Assembly (NCBI GenBank): GCA_963622735.1
Contig: CAVFIT010000050.1
Span: 1-40,565 of the forward strand
DNA from: Phocaeicola dorei
GTDB lineage: Bacteria; Bacillota_I; Bacilli_A; RFN20; CAG-288
DNA length: 40,565 bases
Reading direction: 5' to 3'
Part shown: positions 28,729 to 37,012 of the stretch, in pieces
Position numbering within the stretch: the first letter of the stretch is position 1
How the letters are laid out: each line of letters opens with the position of its first letter
Position numbers and translations under genes: made by a program
Notes under the pieces: model-generated
Database searches by the model: none
Told to the model about the DNA's origin: nothing
The model's input: the letters and a program-made list of their open reading frames with translations, nothing else

Positions 28729-30228
28729 CTATTTTGTTTCAAATATAGCACCTAAAGGTGTACCATTTTCACCCATTGTATAAAATGGTGAAGTGGATTT
28801 AACTTTTAAGAAATCACCTAAATTAACTGAACCATCTTTATTTCTTAAATTTTTATGAACATCATTAATTGTAGTAGCAGGTACTCCTTGAGAAGCCATT
28901 TCTTGAGGAGTAGTTACACTTACAAATGGATTTTCATAAGTAGAAGAAGTTCCTCTATATGTAGTAGATGAATAATCAATCTTTGTTGGCGCTCCAATTA
29001 CTAAATTAGATAAACCATTATAGAAAGCTGAATAAGAACCACTTCCTTTATATTCATCTTTAGAATTAGCAATATGAGATTGTAAAGTAATAGGATTAAT
29101 TACATCCCCATAACAATAAGATAAGCAGTTCTTATAATAGTTAATACTAGTTTGAGCATCTCTACATGTTGAAAAATTATATCCATCTTCATCTCTAGTA
29201 CCATTGTTATAAGCTGTACAATTTTCAAAACGAATAGTTCCTGGATTTGAGTTATCTGTAAATCCTGTAGCCATATTATTAAAAGCTACACAATTAATTA
29301 CACTATGAGGAACAGAAATTTGCTCACCACCTAATTTAAAACCATTACCATCTGAATTAGATGTACCAATTCCTTGACTTGTCATACCATTATTAAAGGC
29401 TACACAATTTTTTATAGTGACTGGTCCAATAGCTCCAGATTCACCTTTTGTATATAAATCCCAACCATCATCAACATTGTTATAAGCAATACATCCATCA
29501 AACACATTACCTACACCAGTAGTAAGTTTACATGCAAATCCATCACTATCTTCACCAGAAGGGTCATGGTTATCATGAGAAGTACAATTTAAAATCGTAT
29601 TATATGAAGGCCATTGATCCATACTTTCATAACTAGAACCTGCTCTACCAAGTTGAAGACCAGTATCTTGACAATTATTAATATCAAGATATTCAACAGT
29701 ATTATAATTACCACCTATATAAACACCATTATCACCAGCACCATATACTTCAAATCCTTTAATATGCCAGTAATCTGAATTTAAAGTAATACCTCTATTA
29801 GAAGAAGCAAATCCCATACTAGAAAAATCAAACTTAACTTTTACATAATCCCCATTACTATCTTTAACTGGTTCAATTAACTTTTCTTCATCAAAAGATG
29901 TAGCAAGTACATTATGTTCTTTTTCATAGTCTTTAGAGATAGATAAAGGATAAGAATATTTATAAGTACCTTCTAATAAATAAATCTTTCCACCTTTATC
30001 AAGTCTTGAAATAGCAGCTTCAAAACTTAGTGGTGAATCTTTACTACCAGTATTATCTACTTTGCCATTTGTAGAAACATATATTTCTTTTAAAAACACA
30101 ATACCTGAATCATCACTTGATATTTGACTTGTTGGATTAGTTGAAGTAGATGAACCTGAGTTATTAGTGTTACATCCACTTACTAATAATGTTATTACCA
30201 TTAGAGGTAGTATTTTTTTAATCTTCAT
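28729..30228 (-). CDS. Surface lipoprotein with a right-handed parallel beta-helix, pectate-lyase (PL9)-like
   Basis: 499 aa. Lipobox LLVSG-C-NTNN plus a Ser/Thr tether. DUF1565-like start IYVSTNGKVDNTGSKDSPLSFEAAISRLDKGGKIYLLEGTY. Periodic rungs ILNCTSHDN, FDGCIAYNN, IKNCVAFNN, VINCVAFNN, FENCTAYNN and YKNCLSYC. Acidic/basic blocks DSDGFACKL, VDDGWDLY and DGNGFKLGG are typical of PL9-type lyases. The fold call is stronger than the family call. Confidence 0.6.
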   Translation of the reverse strand: MKIKKILPLMVITLLVSGCNTNNSGSSTSTNPTSQISSDDSGIVFLKEIYVSTNGKVDNTGSKDSPLSFEAAISRLDKGGKIYLLEGTYKYSYPLSISKDYEKEHNVLATSFDEEKLIEPVKDSNGDYVKVKFDFSSMGFASSNRGITLNSDYWHIKGFEVYGAGDNGVYIGGNYNTVEYLDINNCQDTGLQLGRAGSSYESMDQWPSYNTILNCTSHDNHDPSGEDSDGFACKLTTGVGNVFDGCIAYNNVDDGWDLYTKGESGAIGPVTIKNCVAFNNGMTSQGIGTSNSDGNGFKLGGEQISVPHSVINCVAFNNMATGFTDNSNPGTIRFENCTAYNNGTRDEDGYNFSTCRDAQTSINYYKNCLSYCYGDVINPITLQSHIANSKDEYKGSGSYSAFYNGLSNLVIGAPTKIDYSSTTYRGTSSTYENPFVSVTTPQEMASQGVPATTINDVHKNLRNKDGSVNLGDFLKVKSTSPFYTMGENGTPLGAIFETK

Positions 30229-30281
30229 AATCTTTCCTTTCTATTATAATTAGCAAAAGCATATATTATAATAATATAAAT

Positions 30282-30295
30282 TGTAAGGGTTTACA
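30282..30295. promoter_or_regulatory. Palindromic operator copy 1 (TGTAA-N4-TTACA), overlapping the -35 region of the minus-strand operon promoter
   Basis: TGTAAGGGTTTACA. On the minus strand a TATAAT lies 17-18 nt downstream (plus-strand ATTATA at 30265-30270). Confidence 0.5.
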
Positions 30296-30380
30296 TTAAA
30301 ATAGTATTTTTTTGTGCCTTTAGCATAAAGTTATTAACTTTTAGTTGATTATATAGTAAAAAAAGATAATAATATGAGAA

Positions 30381-30394
30381 TGTAAGGCTTTACA
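30381..30394. promoter_or_regulatory. Palindromic operator copy 2 (TGTAA-N4-TTACA), in the leader of the plus-strand lipoprotein gene
   Basis: TGTAAGGCTTTACA matches copy 1 at 13 of 14 positions. It lies downstream of the candidate -35 TTGATT (30345-30350) and the A/T-rich -10 region, and 25 nt upstream of the ATG at 30419. Confidence 0.5.
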
Positions 30395-30418
30395 ATGCCT
30401 GAATCAAAGGAGATAAAA

Positions 30419-31525
30419 ATGAAAAAATTATTAAAAGTCATGCCTATTGCAGTCGCTATGTTTTCATTAGCATCATGTGGAGGTAATCAAACAAGTAGTG
30501 TAGCAACTTCTTCTTCAACACCTACAAGTGTTGCTACATCATCTACTACCCCAACACCTACTTCAAGTAGTACAACACCTACACCTACTCCAACTAGTAC
30601 AACACCTACTGCTAAAGTAGTTACAAAGACAGTAGATATGGCCTCAATTCCTGGAAAATCAAAATCTGATGTAGATTGGACATTAGCTGATGGATTTTTT
30701 ACTTGTCATCAAGTTAGTTCAGATGCTAATACAGATATTAAAACAGATGGTACATCCGATAAAGACTTAAAAGCATCTATTCAATTTACTACTACTGGTG
30801 CAGGTAAAGTTACAATGACAGCTAAATCTGGTGGTAAAGGTAATGCTTCTCAAGGTTTATATAGAAAATTATTCTTAGTTAAATTAAATAGTAAAGGAAC
30901 TGCTATTGATAAATTTATTCAAGATTCAAAAGTAGGACTTGACTATGGTGATTTAGAATGGGATTTCTATAGTGCAGGTAAATATGCAATCTTATCAGAT
31001 GCTTCATGTAAAATTTCCGCTTTATCAGTTACATATACTGAAGGTGCAACTTCAACTGAACCTACATATTCAATTCCTACAGCTTCTGATGCATCAATAT
31101 TTGAACCTATAAATATTAGACCAGGTACATATTCTTCTGCTACATATGGTCAATTTAAATTAACAGGTGATGTTTTCTTTAAAGGTGCTAGAACAATTAC
31201 TGGTATTACAGATCAATTCGACAATTATTTGACTATAAATGGTCAAGATAACGATAAACCTGGAAAATTTACTCTTAATAATTCTAATGGTGAAGCTGGT
31301 ACATTAACTATTTATGCTGCAGAAAGTGCAGAATTAGGTACAGTTAAAGTCGGCCATAAATCTAATAGTGGTGATATCTCATACGAGGAAACTCCAATTC
31401 AAAAAGATTCTAATAAAGTTCTTGCTCCTATATCAATTTCTGTTGCTGCTACAGATACAACTGTTGATGTTATCTGTGATACAGGTGCTATCAACATCTT
31501 CTATGCAACATTCCAAGCTATTTAA
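30419..31525 (+). CDS. Orphan lipoprotein with a Thr/Pro-rich tether and two beta-rich modules
   Basis: Start reassigned to the ATG at 30419 (MKKLLKVMPIAVAMFSLAS-C-GGN), preceded by AAGGAG. The ORF-track ATG at 30395 would include that RBS. The tether is SSSTPTSVATSSTTPTPTSSSTTPTPTPTSTTPT. Two modules of about 140 aa end in ...ISALSVTY and ...INIFYATFQ. Confidence 0.7.
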   Translation: MKKLLKVMPIAVAMFSLASCGGNQTSSVATSSSTPTSVATSSTTPTPTSSSTTPTPTPTSTTPTAKVVTKTVDMASIPGKSKSDVDWTLADGFFTCHQVSSDANTDIKTDGTSDKDLKASIQFTTTGAGKVTMTAKSGGKGNASQGLYRKLFLVKLNSKGTAIDKFIQDSKVGLDYGDLEWDFYSAGKYAILSDASCKISALSVTYTEGATSTEPTYSIPTASDASIFEPINIRPGTYSSATYGQFKLTGDVFFKGARTITGITDQFDNYLTINGQDNDKPGKFTLNNSNGEAGTLTIYAAESAELGTVKVGHKSNSGDISYEETPIQKDSNKVLAPISISVAATDTTVDVICDTGAINIFYATFQAI

Positions 31526-31543
31526 TCTTTAACTAGCTTATCT

Positions 31544-31586
31544 AAAGTGTTTTATTCAAATGGATAAAGCACTTTTTTCGTTTTTT
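31544..31586 (+). terminator. Rho-independent terminator of the plus-strand lipoprotein gene
   Basis: 11-bp stem AAAGTGTTTTA (31544-31554) / TAAAGCACTTT (31565-31575) with one G-U pair, followed by TTTCGTTTTTT. Confidence 0.65.
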
Positions 31587-31678
31587 AAATTTATTTAATA
31601 TATTTTATATATTATTCTTGCTTTTATAAGTTAATAACTTTAGTATATTTAAGTGAAATTATTAGGAGATAATTACAT

Positions 31679-32308
31679 ATGACAAAAATTGTATTAATAG
31701 GTGGTGGCAGTTCTTCAGGTAAAACTTATATCACTAAAAAAGCTTTAGAACAACTTGGAGCAGATGATATTACATTAATTAGTTTTGATGACTATTATAA
31801 AGATCTTTCTCATCTTTCTAGAGAAGAAAGAAAAAAGCAAAACTTTGATCACCCTAACGCCTTTGATTGGCCTTTAATTTTAGAACAAGTTAACGCTTTA
31901 AGAAACGGTCAAACAATTACAAAACCTATATACGATTTTAACATCCAATCTAGATCAGATAAAACTGAAACAGTTACTCCTAAAAAGGTTATAGTATTTG
32001 AAGGTATTTTAGCTCTTGAAAATCCTAAATTAAGAAAAATGGCAGATTTAAAAATATTTGTCGCTGCATCTCCAGAAAGACGTTTCTTACGTAGATTAAT
32101 TAGAGACCACTCTGAAAGAGCTGATAGACCTTATGATTTTATTATCAACCAATATTTTGATACAGTTAAGCCTATGTATGATGAATACGTAAAACCTACT
32201 CAATTCTATGCTGATACTATTATTTATAATGAAGGTACAGTTAGTGGTGAATGTAAAGCTACAAATATCTTAACTACTTTATTAAAATCTGTATTAAACG
32301 AAAAATAA
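31679..32308 (+). CDS. udk: Uridine kinase
   Basis: 209 aa. P-loop IGGGSSSGKT and the NFDHPNAFD motif. AGGAG RBS. Confidence 0.9.
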   Translation: MTKIVLIGGGSSSGKTYITKKALEQLGADDITLISFDDYYKDLSHLSREERKKQNFDHPNAFDWPLILEQVNALRNGQTITKPIYDFNIQSRSDKTETVTPKKVIVFEGILALENPKLRKMADLKIFVAASPERRFLRRLIRDHSERADRPYDFIINQYFDTVKPMYDEYVKPTQFYADTIIYNEGTVSGECKATNILTTLLKSVLNEK

Positions 32309-32311
32309 CTT

Positions 32312-33769
32312 ATGTCAAACATAAAACAATCATTTGTCAACTTATTTAAACCAGTTGATTTAACCAAAGGCAAACCATTAAAAGTTATCCTAATTTTTAT
32401 GGTTCCTATTTTAATTAGTCTAATTTTCCAGCAAATCTATACTATTTCTGATGCTGCTATTGTTGGAAACACTCTTTCAACAAATGAAGTAGCAGGAGTT
32501 AATGTATCATATTCATTAATATTTATAGTCTTACAATTCGCTTTTGGATGTACAGCAGGATTTAGTGTAATTACTTCTAATAAAATGGGTGAAAATAATT
32601 TAGAAGGTGTTAGAAAATCCTTTGCTTGTCAAATCTTAGTATCTTTAATTATTTCTATATTATTAACTTTAGTTGCTATATTATGTATTCCTTTTTTATT
32701 AAATTTTATAGGAATTGAATCTACTCATGCTGATTATCAATATGCATATACTTATATATTTATTATATATTTAGGCTTAATATGTCAGGTATTTTATAAC
32801 TTAATTGTCTCTGTTTTAAGAAGTGTAGGAGATTCATTAACACCTTTATTATTCTTAATAGGATCTACTATTTTAAACATCGGCTTAGACTTTCTATTTA
32901 TATGTACATTTAAAATGGGAGTTAGTGGAGCTGCTATTGCTACAGTTATTGCTCAATTTGTTGCAGCATTAGCATGTTTTATTTATTCATTTGTTAGATA
33001 TGATTTTTTAAGAATAAAAATAAACGATTTTAAATTAAGTTCTAAATTTGTAATTGATCATTTAAAACTTGGCCTTCCTATGGCATTTCAATTCTCTATT
33101 CTTGCTATTGGATTAATTATATTACAAAAAGCTGTTGTAAAATTCGATGTAAATGGATTTGAAAACGCTAAAAACGGATATGGTGCAGCTGTTAAATTTA
33201 ATGACTTTTTAATGACTCCGCTAAATGCATTAGGAACCGCTATGTTATCTTATGCAGGTCAAAACTATGGTTCAAAAGATATTAATAGACTTAAAAAAGG
33301 AATTAAAACATCATTTATTTTAATGTTAAGCTTATATGCTATTCTTGCAGTAATTGGATGTTTATGTTCAATAGGTGGAGCTTATGTATATATTTTCTTA
33401 AGTGGGGATAAAATTAACGATAGAGTTATATTTTACGCATCATCTTACATGGTAGTAGATAGTTTAATGTATTTTTCCTTAGGTGGTTTATTTTTATGTA
33501 GAAATATCTTACAAGGGTTAGGTAAATCTATTTATCCATTATTATCAGGTATTACTGAATTAATAGGTAGAATCCTTATTTGTGAATTCATACCTCAATT
33601 AATAAATCCTTCTAATCCAATATCTGATGCTTCTTTTATTGGCTTATGCTTTGCAGATTCAATGGCTTGGATATTAGCAGTATGTGTAATGTCTTATGGA
33701 ATAATACATTATATTATAAAAGGTAAAATATCTGATGATTTCAATTCTGTAGCTGTTAAAAATAAATAA
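32312..33769 (+). CDS. MATE-family multidrug/solute efflux transporter
   Basis: 485 aa with about 12 TM helices. N-terminal MATE signature FMVPILISLIFQQIYTISDAAIVGN, with an internal repeat of the motif region (VLRSVGDSLTPL / ILQGLGKSIYPL). Confidence 0.85.
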   Translation: MSNIKQSFVNLFKPVDLTKGKPLKVILIFMVPILISLIFQQIYTISDAAIVGNTLSTNEVAGVNVSYSLIFIVLQFAFGCTAGFSVITSNKMGENNLEGVRKSFACQILVSLIISILLTLVAILCIPFLLNFIGIESTHADYQYAYTYIFIIYLGLICQVFYNLIVSVLRSVGDSLTPLLFLIGSTILNIGLDFLFICTFKMGVSGAAIATVIAQFVAALACFIYSFVRYDFLRIKINDFKLSSKFVIDHLKLGLPMAFQFSILAIGLIILQKAVVKFDVNGFENAKNGYGAAVKFNDFLMTPLNALGTAMLSYAGQNYGSKDINRLKKGIKTSFILMLSLYAILAVIGCLCSIGGAYVYIFLSGDKINDRVIFYASSYMVVDSLMYFSLGGLFLCRNILQGLGKSIYPLLSGITELIGRILICEFIPQLINPSNPISDASFIGLCFADSMAWILAVCVMSYGIIHYIIKGKISDDFNSVAVKNK

Positions 33770-33826
33770 TTTAATTAAGCCTTAACATAAAATCACTTGA
33801 AAAATAAGCTGTTTTTAAAAAAATTA

Positions 33827-33855
33827 TTGACATAAAAGCAAATAAATTATATTAT
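33827..33855 (+). promoter_or_regulatory. Consensus-like promoter of the tRNA cluster
   Basis: TTGACA (33827-33832), a 17-nt spacer, then TATTAT (33850-33855). The first tRNA starts at 33866. Confidence 0.6.
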
Positions 33856-33865
33856 TATCAATGCT

Positions 33866-33941
33866 GGGGCTGTAGCTCACCTGGGAGAGCGCCTCCATGG
33901 CATGGAGGAGGTAGCGAGTTCGATCCTCGTCAGCTCCACCA
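33866..33941 (+). tRNA. tRNA-Ala (anticodon GGC)
   Basis: 76 nt and folds as a cloverleaf. Acceptor GGGGCTG/CAGCTCC with the G3:U70 alanine identity pair. Anticodon stem CCTCC/GGAGG, loop ATGGCAT, T-loop TTCGATC, and an encoded CCA. Confidence 0.9.
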
Positions 33942-33965
33942 GCATTTAAAAAATATAATATTTAT

Positions 33966-34042
33966 GGCAGCGTAGCTCAGTTGGTTAGAGCGCTCGGCTC
34001 ATACCCGATATGTCGAGGGTTCGAATCCCCCCGCTGCTACCA
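33966..34042 (+). tRNA. tRNA with CAU anticodon, most likely elongator tRNA-Met
   Basis: 77 nt. Acceptor GGCAGCG/CGCTGCT (G1:U72), D-arm GTAGCTCAGTTGGTTAGAGC, anticodon loop CTCATAC, T-loop TTCGAAT, encoded CCA. It lacks the initiator features (no C1-A72 mismatch, no GGG/CCC anticodon stem). Confidence 0.75.
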
Positions 34043-34049
34043 TTGTATT

Positions 34050-34125
34050 GGATCAGTAGCTCAATGGTTAGAGTCCCCGTCTCATAAGCGGGTCGTTACA
34101 GGTTCGAGTCCTGTCTGATCCACCA
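34050..34125 (+). tRNA. Second CAU-anticodon tRNA, candidate tRNA-Ile2 (lysidine-modified) or a second tRNA-Met
   Basis: 76 nt. Acceptor GGATCAG/CTGATCC, short D-loop (AATGGTTA), anticodon stem CCCGT/GCGGG, loop CTCATAA, T-arm ACAGG-TTCGAGT-CCTGT, encoded CCA. Not initiator-like. Met versus Ile2 cannot be decided by eye. Confidence 0.7.
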
Positions 34126-34149
34126 CTATTAAAACTTAATTGAAAATGT

Positions 34150-34173
34150 CCCTGCTTATAAGCAGGGATTTTT
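34150..34173. terminator. Terminator hairpin shared by the convergent tRNA cluster (+) and the housekeeping operon (-)
   Basis: 7-bp GC-rich stem CCCTGCT (34150-34156) / AGCAGGG (34161-34167) with loop TATA. ATTTTTA follows on the plus strand, and a weaker ACATTTTC follows on the minus strand. Confidence 0.65.
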
Positions 34174-34187
34174 ATATTTCTAAAAGA

Positions 34188-35033
34188 TTATTTTATAAAC
34201 TTAAAGAACTGATATGCTTCATAAAAAAATTCATTCCACATAATTTCATTATGCTCGTATTTTTTATCAACTTTATATCTAAGTTTTGATTGATCATATC
34301 CAGCTTTTACTAGTTTATTTACAAAACTAGGTGGATATTTAGAATAGTTTTTTTCTATTCCTTGACCTCCAGCAGTTATAAATATATTTACTTTATTTAA
34401 TAATTCTTTTGATGTGTATTGTTTTATAACATAATTAAATGCTGATTCATCATTAGTTCCTAAATAAGCGGGCTTTTCTTCACTTAATCCATATTTATAT
34501 ATAGGAAACGCAGGAGAAAACGCATATATATTATTAAATATATTAGAATATTTAATTCCAGCTTCTAATGCCATTAATCCACCCATAGATGATCCACCTA
34601 TAGATCTAGATTTTTTAGTTTTATTAACATTATATTTAGATTCAATTAAAGGGATAACTTGATTAATTAAAAAAGAGAATGTCTTATCAGATTTATATGC
34701 TAAATCACCTATAGCGATATTAGAAAACCTAGGTAAATATTCACTTAATCTATCTTTAGAGTTATCTAAACCAACTACTATTGAAGGCTTAATATGTTTA
34801 GTTTGTTCTAAGTAAGTTATAGACTCATCTATTTCCCATTCTTCTACAAAACTTGTAGCTTTATCAAATAAGTTTTGCGCATCAAACATATAAATTACAT
34901 CATATTTTTGCTTTGATTTAGCTGAATAAGAAGAAGGTAACCATACTCTTATTTTTCTATTTTTAGACACTAAAAAAGAGTCACACACTAAATTAAGAAT
35001 CTCTAATTTTCCAACAATAGTATGTGACTTCAT
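34188..35033 (-). CDS. Alpha/beta-hydrolase, putative esterase family (esterase D / IroE-like)
   Basis: 281 aa. Nucleophile elbow GGSSMGG. N-terminal pattern RKIRVWLPSSY...YDVIYMFDAQNLFD is typical of the 'putative esterase' family. No signal peptide. Confidence 0.7.
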   Translation of the reverse strand: MKSHTIVGKLEILNLVCDSFLVSKNRKIRVWLPSSYSAKSKQKYDVIYMFDAQNLFDKATSFVEEWEIDESITYLEQTKHIKPSIVVGLDNSKDRLSEYLPRFSNIAIGDLAYKSDKTFSFLINQVIPLIESKYNVNKTKKSRSIGGSSMGGLMALEAGIKYSNIFNNIYAFSPAFPIYKYGLSEEKPAYLGTNDESAFNYVIKQYTSKELLNKVNIFITAGGQGIEKNYSKYPPSFVNKLVKAGYDQSKLRYKVDKKYEHNEIMWNEFFYEAYQFFKFIK

Positions 35034-35040
35034 ATTAAAA

Positions 35041-36048
35041 CTATTTTGTTGTTGATTTTACAACAATTTCTACATCGGTGTTTTCAGGATTTGCGTATGC
35101 ATCATAAACACTTGTTAAAGGTTTATGAGAAGTAATTCTTTTAATAACATCAGCAATCATAGGGGCTAATGAAACAACACTAACATTTTTAACTTTCTTC
35201 ATGCTATCAGATAAAGGTATAGAATCTGTAACAATGATTTCATCAAAAATACCAGTTGATAATAACTCAGCAGCAGGATCAGAAAAAACACCATGAACTG
35301 CAGCAATTTTTACACTTTTTGCACCATTAGCTTTTAAAGCTCTAGCACCATTAACAGCAGATTTAGCTGTATCAATCATATCATCAATCATGAAACAATC
35401 CTTGCCTTTAACATCACCAATAATTGCCATGACTTCAGGTTCAAGGTTGTTATTTCTTCTTTTATCAATAATTGCTAAAGGAGCGTTAAATAATTCAGCT
35501 AAATTTCTAGCTCTTTCAACTCCACCATGATCAGGTGAAACAACACAAATATTAGATAAATCTTTGTGTGTTTTCATAATGTAATAACCTAAAAGTTTAA
35601 TAGCAGATAAATTATCTACTAAACAAGAGAAGAACCCTTGAATTTGAGCAGCATGTAAATTAACTGTCATAACTCTATCAACTCCAGCTGTAACTAATAA
35701 ATTAGCAACTAAAGATGCTGTAATTGGTTGTCTAGGTTTTGCTTTTCTATCTTGTCTAGCATAGCCAAAATAAGGAATAATTACATTGATTTCTTTTGCA
35801 GAAGCTCTTTTTAAAGCATCGACAAAAATCATTAATTCCATTAAGTTTTCATTTACTGGTGGGCATGTAGATTGAACAATATAAACTACCTTTCCTCTTA
35901 CTGATTCATTTGGTTCAACAATAATTTCACCAGATGGGAAACGTCTAATTGAGCGTTGGCCTAAATGAATGTCTAATCTTGCAGCAATAGCTTGAGCTAA
36001 ATCAGGTGTTGCTGATAAAGAAAATAATACTGCTTCTTCTTTTTCCAT
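35041..36048 (-). CDS. prs: Ribose-phosphate pyrophosphokinase (PRPP synthetase)
   Basis: 335 aa. YFGYARQDRKAKPRQPI and the PRPP-binding loop CFMIDDMIDTAKS. Confidence 0.95.
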   Translation of the reverse strand: MEKEEAVLFSLSATPDLAQAIAARLDIHLGQRSIRRFPSGEIIVEPNESVRGKVVYIVQSTCPPVNENLMELMIFVDALKRASAKEINVIIPYFGYARQDRKAKPRQPITASLVANLLVTAGVDRVMTVNLHAAQIQGFFSCLVDNLSAIKLLGYYIMKTHKDLSNICVVSPDHGGVERARNLAELFNAPLAIIDKRRNNNLEPEVMAIIGDVKGKDCFMIDDMIDTAKSAVNGARALKANGAKSVKIAAVHGVFSDPAAELLSTGIFDEIIVTDSIPLSDSMKKVKNVSVVSLAPMIADVIKRITSHKPLTSVYDAYANPENTDVEIVVKSTTK

Positions 36049-36124
36049 AACTTTTTAATAAATCCTCCTATATATTAATTAGTCAACATAATATTATCAT
36101 TTTTTTATTTATTTATAAAGTTAA

Positions 36125-36979
36125 TTAACAACAAGTTTTGCTAATCCATACAGAATGATGTTCATCTTCAAACTTCTTAGCGATTTTTTTCAATTTCTTA
36201 ACATCTTCATCTAAAGCAAAAACAGTAGAACCTGAGCCAGACATCATTACTTTAGTTAAACCTTCTTCTTTCAATTTATCAATAAGAATTTTAATTTCAG
36301 GTAATATACTAATTGATGCGTTTTGTAATCCGTTTTTCATATTTTCTTGGATTAATTTATCATCACCTAATTTTAATCCTTCTATTAATTTTTCTATATC
36401 AGGTTTATCTCCTTTGATAGTGTCAGATACTTTATATACCCCACCAGTAGATAACCCTTGATCTGGTTGAATAAGTAATACAGCCCAGTTCTTTTTTACA
36501 TCGATAAAATCTAATTGATCACCTTTATAACGCATTCTAGCTGGTCTATTAAATAAACAATAAGGTACATCAGATCCTATTTGAATAGCTATATCTATTT
36601 TTTCTTGATCTGTCATTTTTAATTTAAAAATTTTATTTAATCCATTAATTAAAGCTGCAGCATCAGCACTACCTCCACCTAGTCCAGCTTCTACAGGAAT
36701 ATTTTTATAGATTTTAATTCTCATACCTGAATCAAATTTATATTTTTTCTTCATTAATCTATAAGCTTTATAAACTAAATTAGATTCATCACAAATAATA
36801 GAATTATCATCACAAGTTAAAAATGTTCCATATTTAGCAGGAAACACTTCAAGTTCTAAACAATCATGTAATTGTAAAGGAAGAGTTACTATATCAATAT
36901 CATGGTAACCATCTTCTCTTTTATTTAATACATCTATTGCTAAATTTATTTTAGAGGGTGCTTTTATTATTGTTGTCAT
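36125..36979 (-). CDS. ispE: 4-diphosphocytidyl-2-C-methyl-D-erythritol kinase (GHMP kinase)
   Basis: 284 aa. N-terminal APSKINLAIDVLNKREDGYHDI and the GHMP ATP loop PVEAGLGGGSADAAA. It holds the Firmicute-typical position between rsmA and prs. Confidence 0.85.
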   Translation of the reverse strand: MTTIIKAPSKINLAIDVLNKREDGYHDIDIVTLPLQLHDCLELEVFPAKYGTFLTCDDNSIICDESNLVYKAYRLMKKKYKFDSGMRIKIYKNIPVEAGLGGGSADAAALINGLNKIFKLKMTDQEKIDIAIQIGSDVPYCLFNRPARMRYKGDQLDFIDVKKNWAVLLIQPDQGLSTGGVYKVSDTIKGDKPDIEKLIEGLKLGDDKLIQENMKNGLQNASISILPEIKILIDKLKEEGLTKVMMSGSGSTVFALDEDVKKLKKIAKKFEDEHHSVWISKTCC

Positions 36980-37012
36980 ATTTATTAATTCCTATCAATT
37001 ACAATTTTAGTC

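Noticed and set aside
28729-30228. Beta-helix protein as a prophage tailspike or depolymerase remnant
   Set aside because: It has a canonical lipoprotein signal peptide and tether, sits in an operon with other cell-surface proteins, and there are no phage structural, lysis or integration genes anywhere in the window.
30395-30418. Upstream ATG (MPESKEIK) for the plus-strand lipoprotein
   Set aside because: These codons contain the AAGGAG Shine-Dalgarno for the ATG at 30419 and abut operator copy 2. The signal peptide MKKLLKV starts at 30419.
33861-33945. 7-nt complementarity (ATGCTGG / CCAGCAT) bracketing tRNA-Ala, possibly a precursor-processing helix or an attachment-site repeat
   Set aside because: Only 5 nt lie outside the mature tRNA and the rest is the G1G2/CCA overlap. 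It is too short to distinguish from chance, and there is no integrase or duplicated tRNA 3' end nearby.
33866-35033. tRNA cluster as the boundary of an integrated genomic island
   Set aside because: I saw no integrase, recombinase, phage or plasmid genes and no direct repeat of a tRNA 3' end downstream. The flanking genes are housekeeping or ordinary metabolic genes.
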